Positions 50,261 to 61,077 of a stretch of 64,000 nt of DNA are shown here, piece after piece. The position numbers and the translations under genes are program-made. Numbering within the stretch: position 1 is the first letter of the stretch; the number at the start of each line of letters is the position of its first letter. The notes beneath the pieces were generated by a model. The model was not told the origin of the DNA. It searched no databases and was given only the letters and a program-made list of their open reading frames with translations. The stretch comes from Salinispira sp. GTDB taxonomy: Bacteria > Spirochaetota > Spirochaetia > DSM-27196 > Salinispiraceae. The stretch lies in the NCBI GenBank assembly GCA_965602015.1, contig OZ271918.1, positions 1,696,001 to 1,760,000 of the forward strand. Direction: 5' to 3'.

Positions 50261-51397
50261 GTGAGAACGGTTAAGGCTTACTCGTGGACCACTGTAGCGT
50301 TGCTGCTGCTGATGACCGGATTTCTGCTGTTGTTTTCATTCACCATGGGAGTGGCAAACTTCTTTTCCACCTTAATGAGCACCGCCCATGACCTGTTATT
50401 AAATACCGTCTTTTTTATCATGTCCATAACGGTTCTCGCCGGAGCACTTGGCGCGTTTCTCAGTGAGTTCGGCATCATCGCATTGCTCAATGCCGTATTG
50501 GCACCCTTGGTCAGATTGCTGTGGAGGCTCCCCGGCAGTGCGGCAATCGGCGCTCTTTCCACGTATATCTCCGACAATCCGGCTATAATTGCTCTTTCCA
50601 AGGAAAAGCAGTTTATCGAGTACTTCGAAGAGTGGCAAAAACCCGCATTGACAAATTTCGGAACGAGTTTTGGCATGGGCTTGGTGGTAACGGCATTCAT
50701 GATGGCCCAGGGCTTCCTGCAGGAAGCCCTCATAGGAAATGTCGGGGCGATTATCGGATCAGTTTTCTCAACGAGAATTATGACCTATCTCACCCGCCGC
50801 CACCTCGGAGTCACAGCGGATTCGATGAAGCACACAATTCGCAACAAGACGGAGATCCGCCTGCCCCGCACCCGGGAGATAAGTGACGGGTCCCTCTTTC
50901 AGCGGGTTCTTACCTGTCTGCTTGAGGGAGGCAAAAACGGCCTGGAAATCGGGCTGCAGATAGTACCCGGGGTTCTCGTTATTTGCACCATGGTTTTGAT
51001 GCTCACCTTCGGTCCCGGTGAAGGCGGGTATAACGGCGCTGCATATCAGGGCATTCCCGTAATTCCATTTATCGGTCGGATATTTTGGGTGCCCGTGAGA
51101 TTCGTCTTTGGGTTCACCAGTCCGGACGCCATTGCCTTTCCGGTCACCGCATTGGGAGCCGTCGGGGCCGCCCTTGCCCTGGTGCCCAACTTCCTTGAGC
51201 AAGGGCTTATCGGCGGAACTGATATCGCCGTCTTTACCGCGATCGGGATGTGCTTGTCGGGCTATTTATCAACACATGTGGCAATGATGGATTCCTTGGG
51301 TTTCCGCGAGCTTACCGGGAAGGCCATTGCGGCGCATAGCGTCGGAGGAGTCGTTGCCGGGGCCAGCGCCCATATAATGGTGCGTTTTCTGTTGTGA
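50261..51397 (+). CDS. Integral membrane protein (nucleoside-recognition Gate-like)
   Basis: Multi-TM with internal duplication (LAPLVRLLWRLPG / WVPVRFVFGFT); GGAGG RBS. Confidence 0.7.
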   Translation: MRTVKAYSWTTVALLLLMTGFLLLFSFTMGVANFFSTLMSTAHDLLLNTVFFIMSITVLAGALGAFLSEFGIIALLNAVLAPLVRLLWRLPGSAAIGALSTYISDNPAIIALSKEKQFIEYFEEWQKPALTNFGTSFGMGLVVTAFMMAQGFLQEALIGNVGAIIGSVFSTRIMTYLTRRHLGVTADSMKHTIRNKTEIRLPRTREISDGSLFQRVLTCLLEGGKNGLEIGLQIVPGVLVICTMVLMLTFGPGEGGYNGAAYQGIPVIPFIGRIFWVPVRFVFGFTSPDAIAFPVTALGAVGAALALVPNFLEQGLIGGTDIAVFTAIGMCLSGYLSTHVAMMDSLGFRELTGKAIAAHSVGGVVAGASAHIMVRFLL

Positions 51398-51422
51398 GCC
51401 GCGAAACACTGCGGAACTAAAC

Positions 51423-54400
51423 CTAATTCTCGTAACTTCTGATTTCCCGGTGAAGAAATGCAAGATTTCGCAGCTTGTCCAGGACACTAAAACCCGACTG
51501 GTGAACCGCTATCAGCGCTTCCTGAAGGGGGATATCATTTGAAGATCCCTGGGCGTATAAAACGCGTTCCTGTTGCCAAGCGTCGAGGGCAAGATCGTAT
51601 TCGTCGAACGCCGTGGTAATTTCAAAGAGAAGCTCAGCCCGCCCTGTCTGCCAGCGCTTAACCCTATCTTCCACTGCCCGTTCGGCGCTTATTATCTCAA
51701 GGGATGCCTGGGTAAGCCGCTCGTCGTGGATGCGTTTTTGAAGGGCAAAACTCCGTCGGAACGGGTCCGAAATATCGAGGCTGACCGATACGCTGAGGTT
51801 CCCCTGCCTGTCTTCCTGAAGTGCGTCAGCCAGATTGTCGTTTCCCGAGGTACCGGGAGTGTCGATAAATGATGCCAAAATGTTCAACCGTGGCGCATCG
51901 ATGTTTCCCGCCTCCTGCAATGCGGAACGAGCGCTTGTTTGAGCCCTCTGGGCTGCCAGAATGTCAGGGTCGTGTTCTATTAGACTACGAATCAGGGATT
52001 CCCAGTCAGGGCTGTAGTTTATTGATGCGCTGTCCGGCAGCATGTAGGGGCTTGCCAGTTCATCGATTTCACGCGCAGTAATTGAGAGCGTAGACGCCAG
52101 GCTCAGCTCGAGATCGTCGATTTGCCCGGCCAGGGCGCGAAAACCGTTTTCCTGGAGTCTGAGAGTTGTTTCTCTTGCCTCAAGCTGGCTGCTTGAAATC
52201 AAACCGAGATCAAATTCCTGTCTGGCCTGCTGGATCAAAATATTCTGAAGCTCCAGGCGTTCGCCGAGCAGGAAATACTGCTCCCGCAGCGACGCCCGGC
52301 GGCCCAAAAGATTTACCATTTGCAGGGAAATGCTCCGGCTTGTGTTTTCGAGGGTCTCGGCTGCTGCATCGCGTTCATGTACCGCTGCAGCCAGACCGGT
52401 ACGAAACACGTCGGCGGCGATAAAGCGACCGTCGAGAAACAGGGGCTGATTTACTCCAAGGGTAAGTGACGGGGTAATCTGATAAGCTCCCCAGCTGTTA
52501 TTGTCCGCTGGCCTGCTGGCATTGACTCTCGCCCCTGCCCCGCCGAAAACCACGCCGCCGGTGGGCAAAGCCTGTTCTATTCCAAGATTGAGGCCGTATT
52601 CAATTGATTCATCTCCCGGATCGCCGAATCCGCTGAATCCCGGACCGCGGCTGTAGGCAAGCAATGCTCCCGAACCCTGACCGCTGTTGATTGACAGGAC
52701 CGGCAGGCGCTTGGACAAGGTATTATCCAGTCCGGCCTGCGCCAACCGCGCAACCGAGGCCAAAATGCGGCCGTCGGATCCCTCTGCAATTCTTTCGACC
52801 AGGGAACCGTAGAGCTCCTGGTAATCGGTGCGGGTTACGCCTTCAAACAGCTCGACAAACAACTCACCACTCCTGAGTTCAATCTCATTCAACAGATCCC
52901 CATCAGTCCGGGTGGTAAAACTTTCTGTTTCGATAGTCCGGGATTCCGGGAGAGCGTCGTGAAACCCCGCGAGCGAAAGGCTGGACTCCTGTGCGCCTAC
53001 AGGCGCCGCGGATTGGGCTGAGAGACCGGAGGGGGCAGCAACAATTAAAATAATCGCCGCAAGCGCGATTAGTCCTGCACCTTTCTTGGGCATTGCAAGC
53101 GCGCTGGCAATGCCCGCCACGCCTGCAGAAGCGCTTTCTGCCGGTAGCGATTGATCATCGGCCTGCCCGCTGTGCGAACCCGAATTCGATGAACTCCCGG
53201 CATTCTTTTTCTTGCGGTCATATAATACGCCGTAGAGCGAAGGTATGATGATCAAGGCAGTTATGGTCGAAAACAGTAAGCCAAAAATTATTGTGCTGGC
53301 CATGGGTCCCCACACCACCGACTCCCCTCCGATTCCCAATGCGGTCGGCAGGAGACCGACAATGGTGGTGAGGCTGGTCAGAAGTATTGGCCGCAGCCTG
53401 GTGCCGGCGGCGGTTTTGATGGCATCGGAAATAGGTACTCCATCGCTGCGAAGTTCATTGATAAAACTGATGAGCACAATAGCATCGTTCACCGCAATTC
53501 CCGCCAGCGCCACTCCGGCATAAAGTACCGTTGTGGAAAACGGTGTGCCGCTTATTGCCAGATACAGTATTACCCCTACAAAGGCAAAGGGAACCGACAG
53601 GAGAATAATGAGGGGTTGGGAATAGCTTTTAAACTGTGCTCCGAGGATGAGATAAATAAGAAATATTCCGAGGACAAACACCCGCAGAATTTCGATGAGC
53701 AGGTCCTGGAATTCGCTGAACTCCCCCCCGACGCCGAATACCGCATCGGGAAAGCGCTCGGAAAGGTTGTTTGTAAAAAAGCCACGCGCCTGATCATTCA
53801 CCAGACCTAAATCGAGGCCCTCGACCGCGTCGGCAGTGATGGTTATCTGTCTCTTGCCTTCTACCCGCCGAATGCTGCCCGCCGAGGTGCCGTACTCAAC
53901 GCTGGCGACCGAACTGAAGGGAATAAGGCGCCCGTCGGCACTGGGGATAAATGATTGTACCAAATCGTCGTAGTCGTTGGCCTGACCGGCATCGTAGCGC
54001 ATGACGATATCGATTTCCTCGTTATCCTGAAAATAGCGCCCGACCAAGAGTCCGTCGAACTTAGCCCGAACAAAGTTGCCGATGGTGCCGACGGAAAGAC
54101 CGAGAGCGGTCGCCCGTTCGGGATTCACCCGTATTCGAAGTTCGGGATTACCCGATTGAAAATCACTCTCGACGTTAAAAACTCCTGGCCGGCTTCGCAT
54201 AAACTCGGTGAGCGAGTCGGTGGCGGATATCAGCTGACCATAATCATCCCCGCTGAGGGTAAAAGTGATCGGCGCCGATGTGGGAGGACCATTGGTTGCC
54301 TTGCGGAATATCAGCTCCTCGGGCCCTGCGATATTTGATAGATCTTGCCTCACATCTTCGATAATTTCATCGATAGACCGGGTACGGCCTTCATTTATTT

Positions 54401-56297
54401 CCGTAAGATCCACATTGATCTGCGCCAGATTTGAGCTGTTGCTTACGGATGTCTGGCCCGTCAGGCTGCCCCCGGTACTTAGAATGGAGAGCACCTCTCC
54501 GTCTCCCACCCTCGTGAGAAGCCGGTCTTCGAATCTCCGCAAAATCTCATCGGTGCGGGAAAGGCTGGTTCCCCGGGGCATGGTTATGTCGATGGTGAAA
54601 AAGGTAAAATCCTCGGCGGCGAATAAATCCTGTCCGAGAAACGGTATCAGAGCGAAACTGCCAATGGCGATAAGCAGGGCGGCGACGAGGACAATGGCTC
54701 GCCGGGGATATAGTCTTGAAAAGAGGCGATCGAATCGCAGTCTGATGACTGAAAACCATGCCCCGGGTTCTTTCTTGCGCTTTTTATCCTTTCCCCAGTC
54801 GGCGAAGTGGCTTGGAAGAAAGTACAGGGCTTCCCCGGTACTGGCGATCAGCGCGATTGCCACAGTGAGAGGGATAACCCTGAGGAAACGGCCAATGGTT
54901 CCGGGGATGATCATCAGGGGGAGAAAGGCTGCGACGGTGGTGCCGGTGGCTGCGATAACCGGCCAGACTACCTGATTTGTGCCGATGATGGCTGCGTCGT
55001 GGCGGCTGAGCCCCTGCTGCTGCAGGCGGTATGAGTTTTCGATAATGACGATAGCGTGATCCACAATGAGTCCGAGGACCAGAACGAGGCCAAAGAGGGT
55101 GTTTGTGTTAAGGGTTTCACCAAAGAATTCAAGGGCGATGAATGTCAGGGCGAAGGTAACCGGAATGCCAAGGGCGGTCATCAGCGCGTTCCTTACTCCG
55201 ATGAACAGCGCAAGGATGATGACGAGAAGTAGCAGACCGATGACAGCATTGCTGGTGAGAACCGAAAGGCTGTCGGTAATCTGGACCGTGGAATCGTTGA
55301 GCAGGGTAACCACCAGGCCGTCGGGGATATCATTTTCCACTTCCGCCAGGAAGCTGCGGATACCGTTGACCACATCGATGGAGCTGCCGCCGGGGACTTT
55401 TGTGACCCTGAGAGCTACCGATGTTTCGCCATTCAGCCTGTTTATGCTGGAGTCCGGATCGAAGCCGTCGATAACGGTGGCCACATCACGGAGCCTGATT
55501 ATTCCCTCGCCGTTGCCCGAACGCCTGATTATCACATCGTTAAAGGATTCGATGCTCTCGATAGTGGACATTGTGCGAAGTAAAAATTCACTGCTTTCGG
55601 TATTTAGCCGGCCGCCGGGAATGCTGGAGTTGCGGTCCTGTACGGCCTGAAGCAGTTCTATGGTGCTCAGGCCAAGGGCGGCCATGCGTTCGGGGCTCAG
55701 GTCGAGGATAATCTCCCGCTCTCTCAAGCCGACAATATCCGCCGATGACACATCCCTAATACCGAGAATGGCGTCCTGAAAGTCCAGTGCGCTGTTGCGC
55801 AGCTGGGGATAGGGAATGTCTCCCGAAAGTACCACTTCGATAACCGGAGCAAAATCCGCTGAGGAGAAATCATCTACCACGGGATCCAGTACACCATCCG
55901 GCAGCCGAACGCGGTTGAAGCGGGTCTGGGCCTCCTGAAACAGGTTATCAAACTTCTGCTGCGAGATGCCGTCATCAAACTCCACCCGGATTATGGCAAG
56001 GCCTTCACTGGTGGTCGAGTTTATTGAGCTCAGGCTGTCGATGCCCTGAAACTCGTTTTCAACAGGAATGGTGACGCTGGATTCAAGATCCTCGGCAGAA
56101 ACCCCGGGATACGGAACGATGATGTTCACCCAATAAAAGGGCACTTCGGCAAACTGCTCCTGCGGCAGGCGAAGCATGCTGAAAGCACCGAGGGCGATAA
56201 CCGTAACCATAAGGATATTGACCAGTACGGGGTTTTTGACACTAAGCGACCCTATACCCCGAAACTGTTCGGGCTTCAGGTTTTCGAGTTTTTTCAT
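51423..56297 (-). CDS. RND efflux permease (AcrB-like) fused to TolC-like outer-membrane factor
   Basis: Residues about 1-1030: YPGVSAED, GLIVDHAIVIIEN, RLRPILLT. Then a linker, a signal-like segment and a helical/beta C-domain resembling OEP. Confidence 0.85.
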   Translation of the reverse strand: MKKLENLKPEQFRGIGSLSVKNPVLVNILMVTVIALGAFSMLRLPQEQFAEVPFYWVNIIVPYPGVSAEDLESSVTIPVENEFQGIDSLSSINSTTSEGLAIIRVEFDDGISQQKFDNLFQEAQTRFNRVRLPDGVLDPVVDDFSSADFAPVIEVVLSGDIPYPQLRNSALDFQDAILGIRDVSSADIVGLREREIILDLSPERMAALGLSTIELLQAVQDRNSSIPGGRLNTESSEFLLRTMSTIESIESFNDVIIRRSGNGEGIIRLRDVATVIDGFDPDSSINRLNGETSVALRVTKVPGGSSIDVVNGIRSFLAEVENDIPDGLVVTLLNDSTVQITDSLSVLTSNAVIGLLLLVIILALFIGVRNALMTALGIPVTFALTFIALEFFGETLNTNTLFGLVLVLGLIVDHAIVIIENSYRLQQQGLSRHDAAIIGTNQVVWPVIAATGTTVAAFLPLMIIPGTIGRFLRVIPLTVAIALIASTGEALYFLPSHFADWGKDKKRKKEPGAWFSVIRLRFDRLFSRLYPRRAIVLVAALLIAIGSFALIPFLGQDLFAAEDFTFFTIDITMPRGTSLSRTDEILRRFEDRLLTRVGDGEVLSILSTGGSLTGQTSVSNSSNLAQINVDLTEINEGRTRSIDEIIEDVRQDLSNIAGPEELIFRKATNGPPTSAPITFTLSGDDYGQLISATDSLTEFMRSRPGVFNVESDFQSGNPELRIRVNPERATALGLSVGTIGNFVRAKFDGLLVGRYFQDNEEIDIVMRYDAGQANDYDDLVQSFIPSADGRLIPFSSVASVEYGTSAGSIRRVEGKRQITITADAVEGLDLGLVNDQARGFFTNNLSERFPDAVFGVGGEFSEFQDLLIEILRVFVLGIFLIYLILGAQFKSYSQPLIILLSVPFAFVGVILYLAISGTPFSTTVLYAGVALAGIAVNDAIVLISFINELRSDGVPISDAIKTAAGTRLRPILLTSLTTIVGLLPTALGIGGESVVWGPMASTIIFGLLFSTITALIIIPSLYGVLYDRKKKNAGSSSNSGSHSGQADDQSLPAESASAGVAGIASALAMPKKGAGLIALAAIILIVAAPSGLSAQSAAPVGAQESSLSLAGFHDALPESRTIETESFTTRTDGDLLNEIELRSGELFVELFEGVTRTDYQELYGSLVERIAEGSDGRILASVARLAQAGLDNTLSKRLPVLSINSGQGSGALLAYSRGPGFSGFGDPGDESIEYGLNLGIEQALPTGGVVFGGAGARVNASRPADNNSWGAYQITPSLTLGVNQPLFLDGRFIAADVFRTGLAAAVHERDAAAETLENTSRSISLQMVNLLGRRASLREQYFLLGERLELQNILIQQARQEFDLGLISSSQLEARETTLRLQENGFRALAGQIDDLELSLASTLSITAREIDELASPYMLPDSASINYSPDWESLIRSLIEHDPDILAAQRAQTSARSALQEAGNIDAPRLNILASFIDTPGTSGNDNLADALQEDRQGNLSVSVSLDISDPFRRSFALQKRIHDERLTQASLEIISAERAVEDRVKRWQTGRAELLFEITTAFDEYDLALDAWQQERVLYAQGSSNDIPLQEALIAVHQSGFSVLDKLRNLAFLHREIRSYEN

Positions 56298-56313
56298 GTA
56301 ACTATCCTGATTC

Positions 56314-57459
56314 CTAATTCTGCGCGATATCCCGAAGGTCGGACACTATGCGGTCTCCGTCTTCTATCCGGCTGAGGCCACTAACGAGAACCCTGCTGCC
56401 GAGCAGCGTGGTTTCTTCATCAAGGACACGAACAGCGGCCAGTTCGCCATAGCTGTCAAGCAGCTCGACGGAAACCATGCGGGCCACCCCGTCCTCGGCA
56501 ACGTACAGTGTAGCGGTATCATCATCGATAACCAAGGAGGAAAGGGGCACAAGATTCCGTACCGGCTCCATATCGCTCTGTATGCTGACCTGACCGCTCA
56601 TTCCGGCCTTTAACAGCTCAGGGTCGGGATTGTCGAAGGAAACCACAACTCTCCAACTGCCGGTGCGCTGGTCACTGCCGGCGGCGACCGCCGATACTTG
56701 ACCGCTGGCGCCGATGCTGCCTTGGGGGCTTGGGATGACAATGCTGGCGGGCAGGCCTTCCCGGACGAGGAAGATCTGATCCTGACCGAGGGAAAGCTGA
56801 ATGCGGAGCCTTGAGAGATCGACGACCCGGGCGATTTGCTGTCCGCTGGCTAAAAGGTCGCCGGGAATCAGGCTATCGGACTTTTCTGCGATGCGCCCCG
56901 AGATGGGGCTGCTGATTGCCGTGAAATTGAGGGCATCCCGGGCCCGCTCGAGCCGGGCTGCCAATCCGTCTACCCGGGCCTGAACCTGATTTAGCTGATT
57001 AAGAGAAATCGAACCCCGGTTATACAGATTGCGCTGGCTTTCGAGGTCTGCAACGGCACTTTGATACTCGCCGCTGAGCTGCTGCCAGGTCAGCCGGGCT
57101 ATCCGGCTATCAAGTTGTACAAGGGTATCGTTTGCGGATATTTGGTCCCCGAGCTCAAAGTCCACTGACTGGATTACGCCATTGGTGAACGGCCGGAGAA
57201 TGACTTCCTGAATGCCTTGGATGGTTCCGCTGGCCTCAATGCTATCCCGAAGCCTGCCCTGGCGGACCGCAACGGTTTCGACGGCCAGTGCTTCGGTGTC
57301 GTTTGTGAGCCCTTGAGTCTCCTCGGCCGGTAGCGCCTGCACATCTTCGGCGGGAGCACAGGCGTTAATAACCACGCTCATCAATAGAGCAATCGCAGCT
57401 ATTCCTCTTGTGTATTTCTGTTTCTGCGGGCTTTTTGTATCACTCGCCGATATAGTCAT
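56314..57459 (-). CDS. RND periplasmic adaptor (membrane fusion protein)
   Basis: Lipoyl-like halves (GVIQSVDFELGD, ISSPISGRI), LKAGMSG. Confidence 0.9.
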   Translation of the reverse strand: MTISASDTKSPQKQKYTRGIAAIALLMSVVINACAPAEDVQALPAEETQGLTNDTEALAVETVAVRQGRLRDSIEASGTIQGIQEVILRPFTNGVIQSVDFELGDQISANDTLVQLDSRIARLTWQQLSGEYQSAVADLESQRNLYNRGSISLNQLNQVQARVDGLAARLERARDALNFTAISSPISGRIAEKSDSLIPGDLLASGQQIARVVDLSRLRIQLSLGQDQIFLVREGLPASIVIPSPQGSIGASGQVSAVAAGSDQRTGSWRVVVSFDNPDPELLKAGMSGQVSIQSDMEPVRNLVPLSSLVIDDDTATLYVAEDGVARMVSVELLDSYGELAAVRVLDEETTLLGSRVLVSGLSRIEDGDRIVSDLRDIAQN

Positions 57460-57625
57460 GCGCTTTATCCTTTACTTCTTGTCTCTGTGAAAAAATACGA
57501 ATATCACATAATGAAATCAATCAGTATTTTATTGCTTGTGCAAAATATCTATCACTCAGTGTGATCACAGTAAAGGAATACAGAGAGCTTCGTTTGAAGG
57601 AAATCCATAGTGAGGGCATTGCGAG

Positions 57626-57654
57626 TTGACACGGTTAAGAAGATGAGGTAGCAT
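57626..57654 (+). promoter_or_regulatory. Putative csp promoter
   Basis: TTGACA-N17-TAGCAT about 150 bp upstream of the cold-shock gene. Confidence 0.55.
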
Positions 57655-57802
57655 GTTGACTGATACAGAAGTATAGGTATCGCGATATCGGTAGTACACA
57701 GTCACATCTGCCCTTTGACGTTCGTTAAAGCCGCACTGTCCTTGTAGTTTCCATATCAGCAAAACCCTATCCTTGTATTAATACTCTATAAGGAGGCATT
57801 TT

Positions 57803-58003
57803 ATGGAAAAAGGTACCGTAAAATGGTTTAACGAAAGCAAAGGCTTTGGATTTATCAGCAAGGAAGACGGTGAGGACATTTTTGTTCATCACACCGGCAT
57901 TGTAGCCGACGGATTCCGTACCCTTCGCGAAGGCGCAGCAGTGGAGTTCACTGTAGAGCAGAGCGACAAGGGTCCCCGGGCAGTATCTGTCCGCGAACTG
58001 TAA
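57803..58003 (+). CDS. cspA: Cold-shock protein
   Basis: [15 protein letters not shown] (RNP1), DIFVHH (RNP2); AAGGAGG RBS. Confidence 0.95.
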   Translation: MEKGTVKWFNESKGFGFISKEDGEDIFVHHTGIVADGFRTLREGAAVEFTVEQSDKGPRAVSVREL

Positions 58004-58036
58004 GCCGATACGCTGACGTTCGAACCTTAAACAGAC

Positions 58037-58072
58037 AAGCGGTGAATCATCATGATTCACCGCTTTTTTTTT
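58037..58072 (+). terminator. Rho-independent terminator
   Basis: AAGCGGTGAATCA-TCA-TGATTCACCGCTT followed by a T run; overlaps the convergent MFS stop. Confidence 0.85.
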
Positions 58073-59258
58073 GTCCCTGGCTGCGGGGATGGGAAAAGGC
58101 GAAACTGAGAAACAGGAGCAGCAGGGCTATCAGCAGGTACACCGGAATGACCTCGAGCCCGTAGATTCCCGCCAGAACACCGGCAATTGAAGGAATGACC
58201 GCGGCACCAAGTCCCGCGGCGGAAATCTGCATTCCGATCGTATTCGCCTGGTGCTTCAGTCCCACACGGTTATGAGTGTCGGAAACCAGGCCGGGGAAGA
58301 TGGGCGCGATGGAGAAGCCCGTCAGGGCGATTCCCGCAACGCTGACTGCGGGCCCCAGATTCAGCAGCAGGAGCCCGGCTCCCAGGGATGCGAAGCCGAT
58401 ACTGAAAAAAAGCATCGGTTTGACGGGTATGCGAAGGGCATAAATTCCGGCGATAATGCGGCCGAGAGTGAACATTCCCCAATAGCCCCCGGTGACCACG
58501 CCGGCAAGCGTCGGATCAACTCCCCTCGATTCGGTCAATAGGGAGTACGCCCACAGTCCGAGCCCGAGCTCCACTCCGGTATAAATAAAAAACATCAGCA
58601 TGCTCAGCAGCGCGGGGATTTGCCTGAGGGTCTGCCCAAGGCTGGCCTGGTTCTCCGGCCGTTGTTCAGCGTGCAGTTCGGTTGTTCCGCCCTGCCACTT
58701 GCGCCTGCTGAAAAAAAACAGGAGGGCAAGCAAGGCCTGAAACGAAGCAACCACGAGGTAACCTGGTTGCCAGCGTCCGCCCAGGGCGATGGACAGGGTC
58801 ATAATAAACGGTCCAAGGGTTATTCCCACCCCGAAACTTGCGTGGAGCCACTGCATAAGGGTTTCGCTGTGGTTCTGCGCAATGTAGGTGTTCAAACCGG
58901 CATCGATGGCACCGGCCCCCAGGCCTCCCAGGGCTGCGAAGCCCGCAAAGAGTCCCCACCAGGGAGTGAGGGCGTACACCAACAGGGTGATCGCGGTGGC
59001 TCCCACCGACAAGGCAAGCAAGCCTCCGATTCCGAACCGGCGCACCAGGGCACCGCTGAAAAAACTGCTGGTCATATATCCGGCAGTCGCAAAAACCAGC
59101 AGAAGGCCAAGAGCGTCTATGGGCAGGCCGAAGCTGCTGCGGATACCCGGCCAGGCGACTCCCAGCAACCCGTCGGGCATTCCCAGAGAAATAAACGCGA
59201 TAAATGCCAGGACAATAAGACCGGCGCCCCCTGCTCCAGGGTGAATTTTTTTATTCAT
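58050..59258 (-). CDS. MFS transporter
   Basis: About 12 TM; LGMPDGLLGVAWP, GAGAIDAGLN, LHASFGVG. Confidence 0.9.
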   Translation of the reverse strand: MNKKIHPGAGGAGLIVLAFIAFISLGMPDGLLGVAWPGIRSSFGLPIDALGLLLVFATAGYMTSSFFSGALVRRFGIGGLLALSVGATAITLLVYALTPWWGLFAGFAALGGLGAGAIDAGLNTYIAQNHSETLMQWLHASFGVGITLGPFIMTLSIALGGRWQPGYLVVASFQALLALLFFFSRRKWQGGTTELHAEQRPENQASLGQTLRQIPALLSMLMFFIYTGVELGLGLWAYSLLTESRGVDPTLAGVVTGGYWGMFTLGRIIAGIYALRIPVKPMLFFSIGFASLGAGLLLLNLGPAVSVAGIALTGFSIAPIFPGLVSDTHNRVGLKHQANTIGMQISAAGLGAAVIPSIAGVLAGIYGLEVIPVYLLIALLLLFLSFAFSHPRSQGQKKSGES

Positions 59259-61023
59259 GAGATAGTACCTGACCGCTTCGTCGCCAAATTTTATACAATT
59301 CATCCCAGGATTGAATGGCGATATTCACCAGGTCCGGGTCAAAAATTGTACCGCTGTGCTTGAGGATGTACGCTTTTACCTCATCGGGCTCCCAAGCCCG
59401 TTTATAATTTCGCTCGGATAGCAGGGCATCAATAACGTCGCTTATGGTCACCAGACGGGCAAGGATGCTTATGTCCCGGCCTGAAAGGCCACGCGGGTAC
59501 CCGCTGCCGTCCCAACTCTCATGGTGCTGATGGACCACAATGGCAGCCTTGCGAATTAGCTCGTTATTGCTGCTTCCCAGAATTTCCCAGCCGATTTCCG
59601 GGTGCCGGCGAATCACCGCCAGTTCTTTCGCCGATAGCTTTCCGCTTTTTTTCAGGATTTCATCGGGAATCCCGACTTTTCCCACATCGTGCAGGGCTGC
59701 CCCGAAGCTGAGAATTTGGAGATCCTGTTTACTTATCCCGATTTTCTTTGCCAGGAAGCGGGACATAAAACTTATTCGCTTCAAATGGTCTGAAGTTTCC
59801 CGGGATCTTCGCTCAATGACGTTTCCCAGGTTAAACATTATCTCCCTCTGGGTATCCAGTAGGTTCTGATTGAAACGGTTGATCGCCTGCTGCCGGCGGA
59901 GATTAAGCTGGATCAGCACTATGATCACCACCAGCGAGGCAATAACCCCGGCGGATATGCTCAGAACAAGGGCGTTGCGGCGAAGGAAGCTTTCCGGGCG
60001 GCGGAGGAATTCCAGGTCAGAAGGAAAATCCGGTATATCGAGGCCAAAACGGCGGGCGGTGGGATAATCAATAACGCCTCGTGTAAGGGGTTCCTCGATG
60101 TAGAGCCCGGATACATCACCCGCCTGGAAATGCTCGAGGATTTGCTCCGCACTTATCCTGCCCAGGGTGAAACCGTCATACACGTATCCGCCCATTGCCC
60201 CGTCAGGCACGGCAAAGGACCAAAAAGCGTAGGTCGGCACCTGAGCTTGGCGACAGACCGCCGAGAGCAGGGCCGCGTTATCAATTGGAAGGCCTCGGTC
60301 CGAGAAATATAAAATGTACATAAGAATGTCGCCCGCGGGTATTTCGGCTATACGGGGAAGAATCTCGTCATTGCCCCCGCTGTCAATCCAGACCGGGGGC
60401 GGATACTCACCGGAGGAAAAAATTTCCTCCAGCTGACCCCGTATGATTCGGCCGGTAACAGTTTGATCGAGAATTATATGGATATTGCGGGCATCCGGAT
60501 GCATTGACGTGGCCAGATCGAGATTCCGCCGATAGTCATTATTTTCGATGATGTAGCCGGTGTTCGGCACTCGGTTTTGTACTGAGGCATTCAGCCCGAC
60601 GGCCAGGGCCGGCACCGAGGAGAACACTTCATCTCGCAACTGGATAAAAAAGTCATAGGCGATATTATCGACGCTGATAATCAGATCGAGACTCTGATTT
60701 TGATACTTAGAGCGAATGACATTACCCATCAGCTCGAGATGAGAAGCGTGGGGATACCGTTTAGCATCCAGGTATTCGAAAAACAGCTCGAACTGTCCAC
60801 CGTCAAGCAAAGAAAACAGACCCTGATTTATGCTCTCTGTCCAGGCAAAATCCTGACTATAAGAATGAATGATAAGAATGCGCCGGCTTGCACTTCGAGA
60901 ACCCGACAGCCCCTGCCCCGGGGAATCCTGGGGCCAGACGGTTCCGGCAATACAGAGGAGAATAAGCATGGGGAGTCTCAGGCAGTACTGAAGCACAGAA
61001 GCCCAGCATATGCTTCTTTTCAT
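59251..61023 (-). CDS. Periplasmic-sensor HD-GYP phosphodiesterase
   Basis: ILIIHSY ABC-binding-like sensor, TM, LHDVGK, HHESWDGSGYP. Confidence 0.9.
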   Translation of the reverse strand: MKRSICWASVLQYCLRLPMLILLCIAGTVWPQDSPGQGLSGSRSASRRILIIHSYSQDFAWTESINQGLFSLLDGGQFELFFEYLDAKRYPHASHLELMGNVIRSKYQNQSLDLIISVDNIAYDFFIQLRDEVFSSVPALAVGLNASVQNRVPNTGYIIENNDYRRNLDLATSMHPDARNIHIILDQTVTGRIIRGQLEEIFSSGEYPPPVWIDSGGNDEILPRIAEIPAGDILMYILYFSDRGLPIDNAALLSAVCRQAQVPTYAFWSFAVPDGAMGGYVYDGFTLGRISAEQILEHFQAGDVSGLYIEEPLTRGVIDYPTARRFGLDIPDFPSDLEFLRRPESFLRRNALVLSISAGVIASLVVIIVLIQLNLRRQQAINRFNQNLLDTQREIMFNLGNVIERRSRETSDHLKRISFMSRFLAKKIGISKQDLQILSFGAALHDVGKVGIPDEILKKSGKLSAKELAVIRRHPEIGWEILGSSNNELIRKAAIVVHQHHESWDGSGYPRGLSGRDISILARLVTISDVIDALLSERNYKRAWEPDEVKAYILKHSGTIFDPDLVNIAIQSWDELYKIWRRSGQVLSHE

Positions 61024-61077
61024 CCTTCATCAACTGATAGTTCCGGTCGAACTTCTGACCGGATCTCCAGCATGCGC

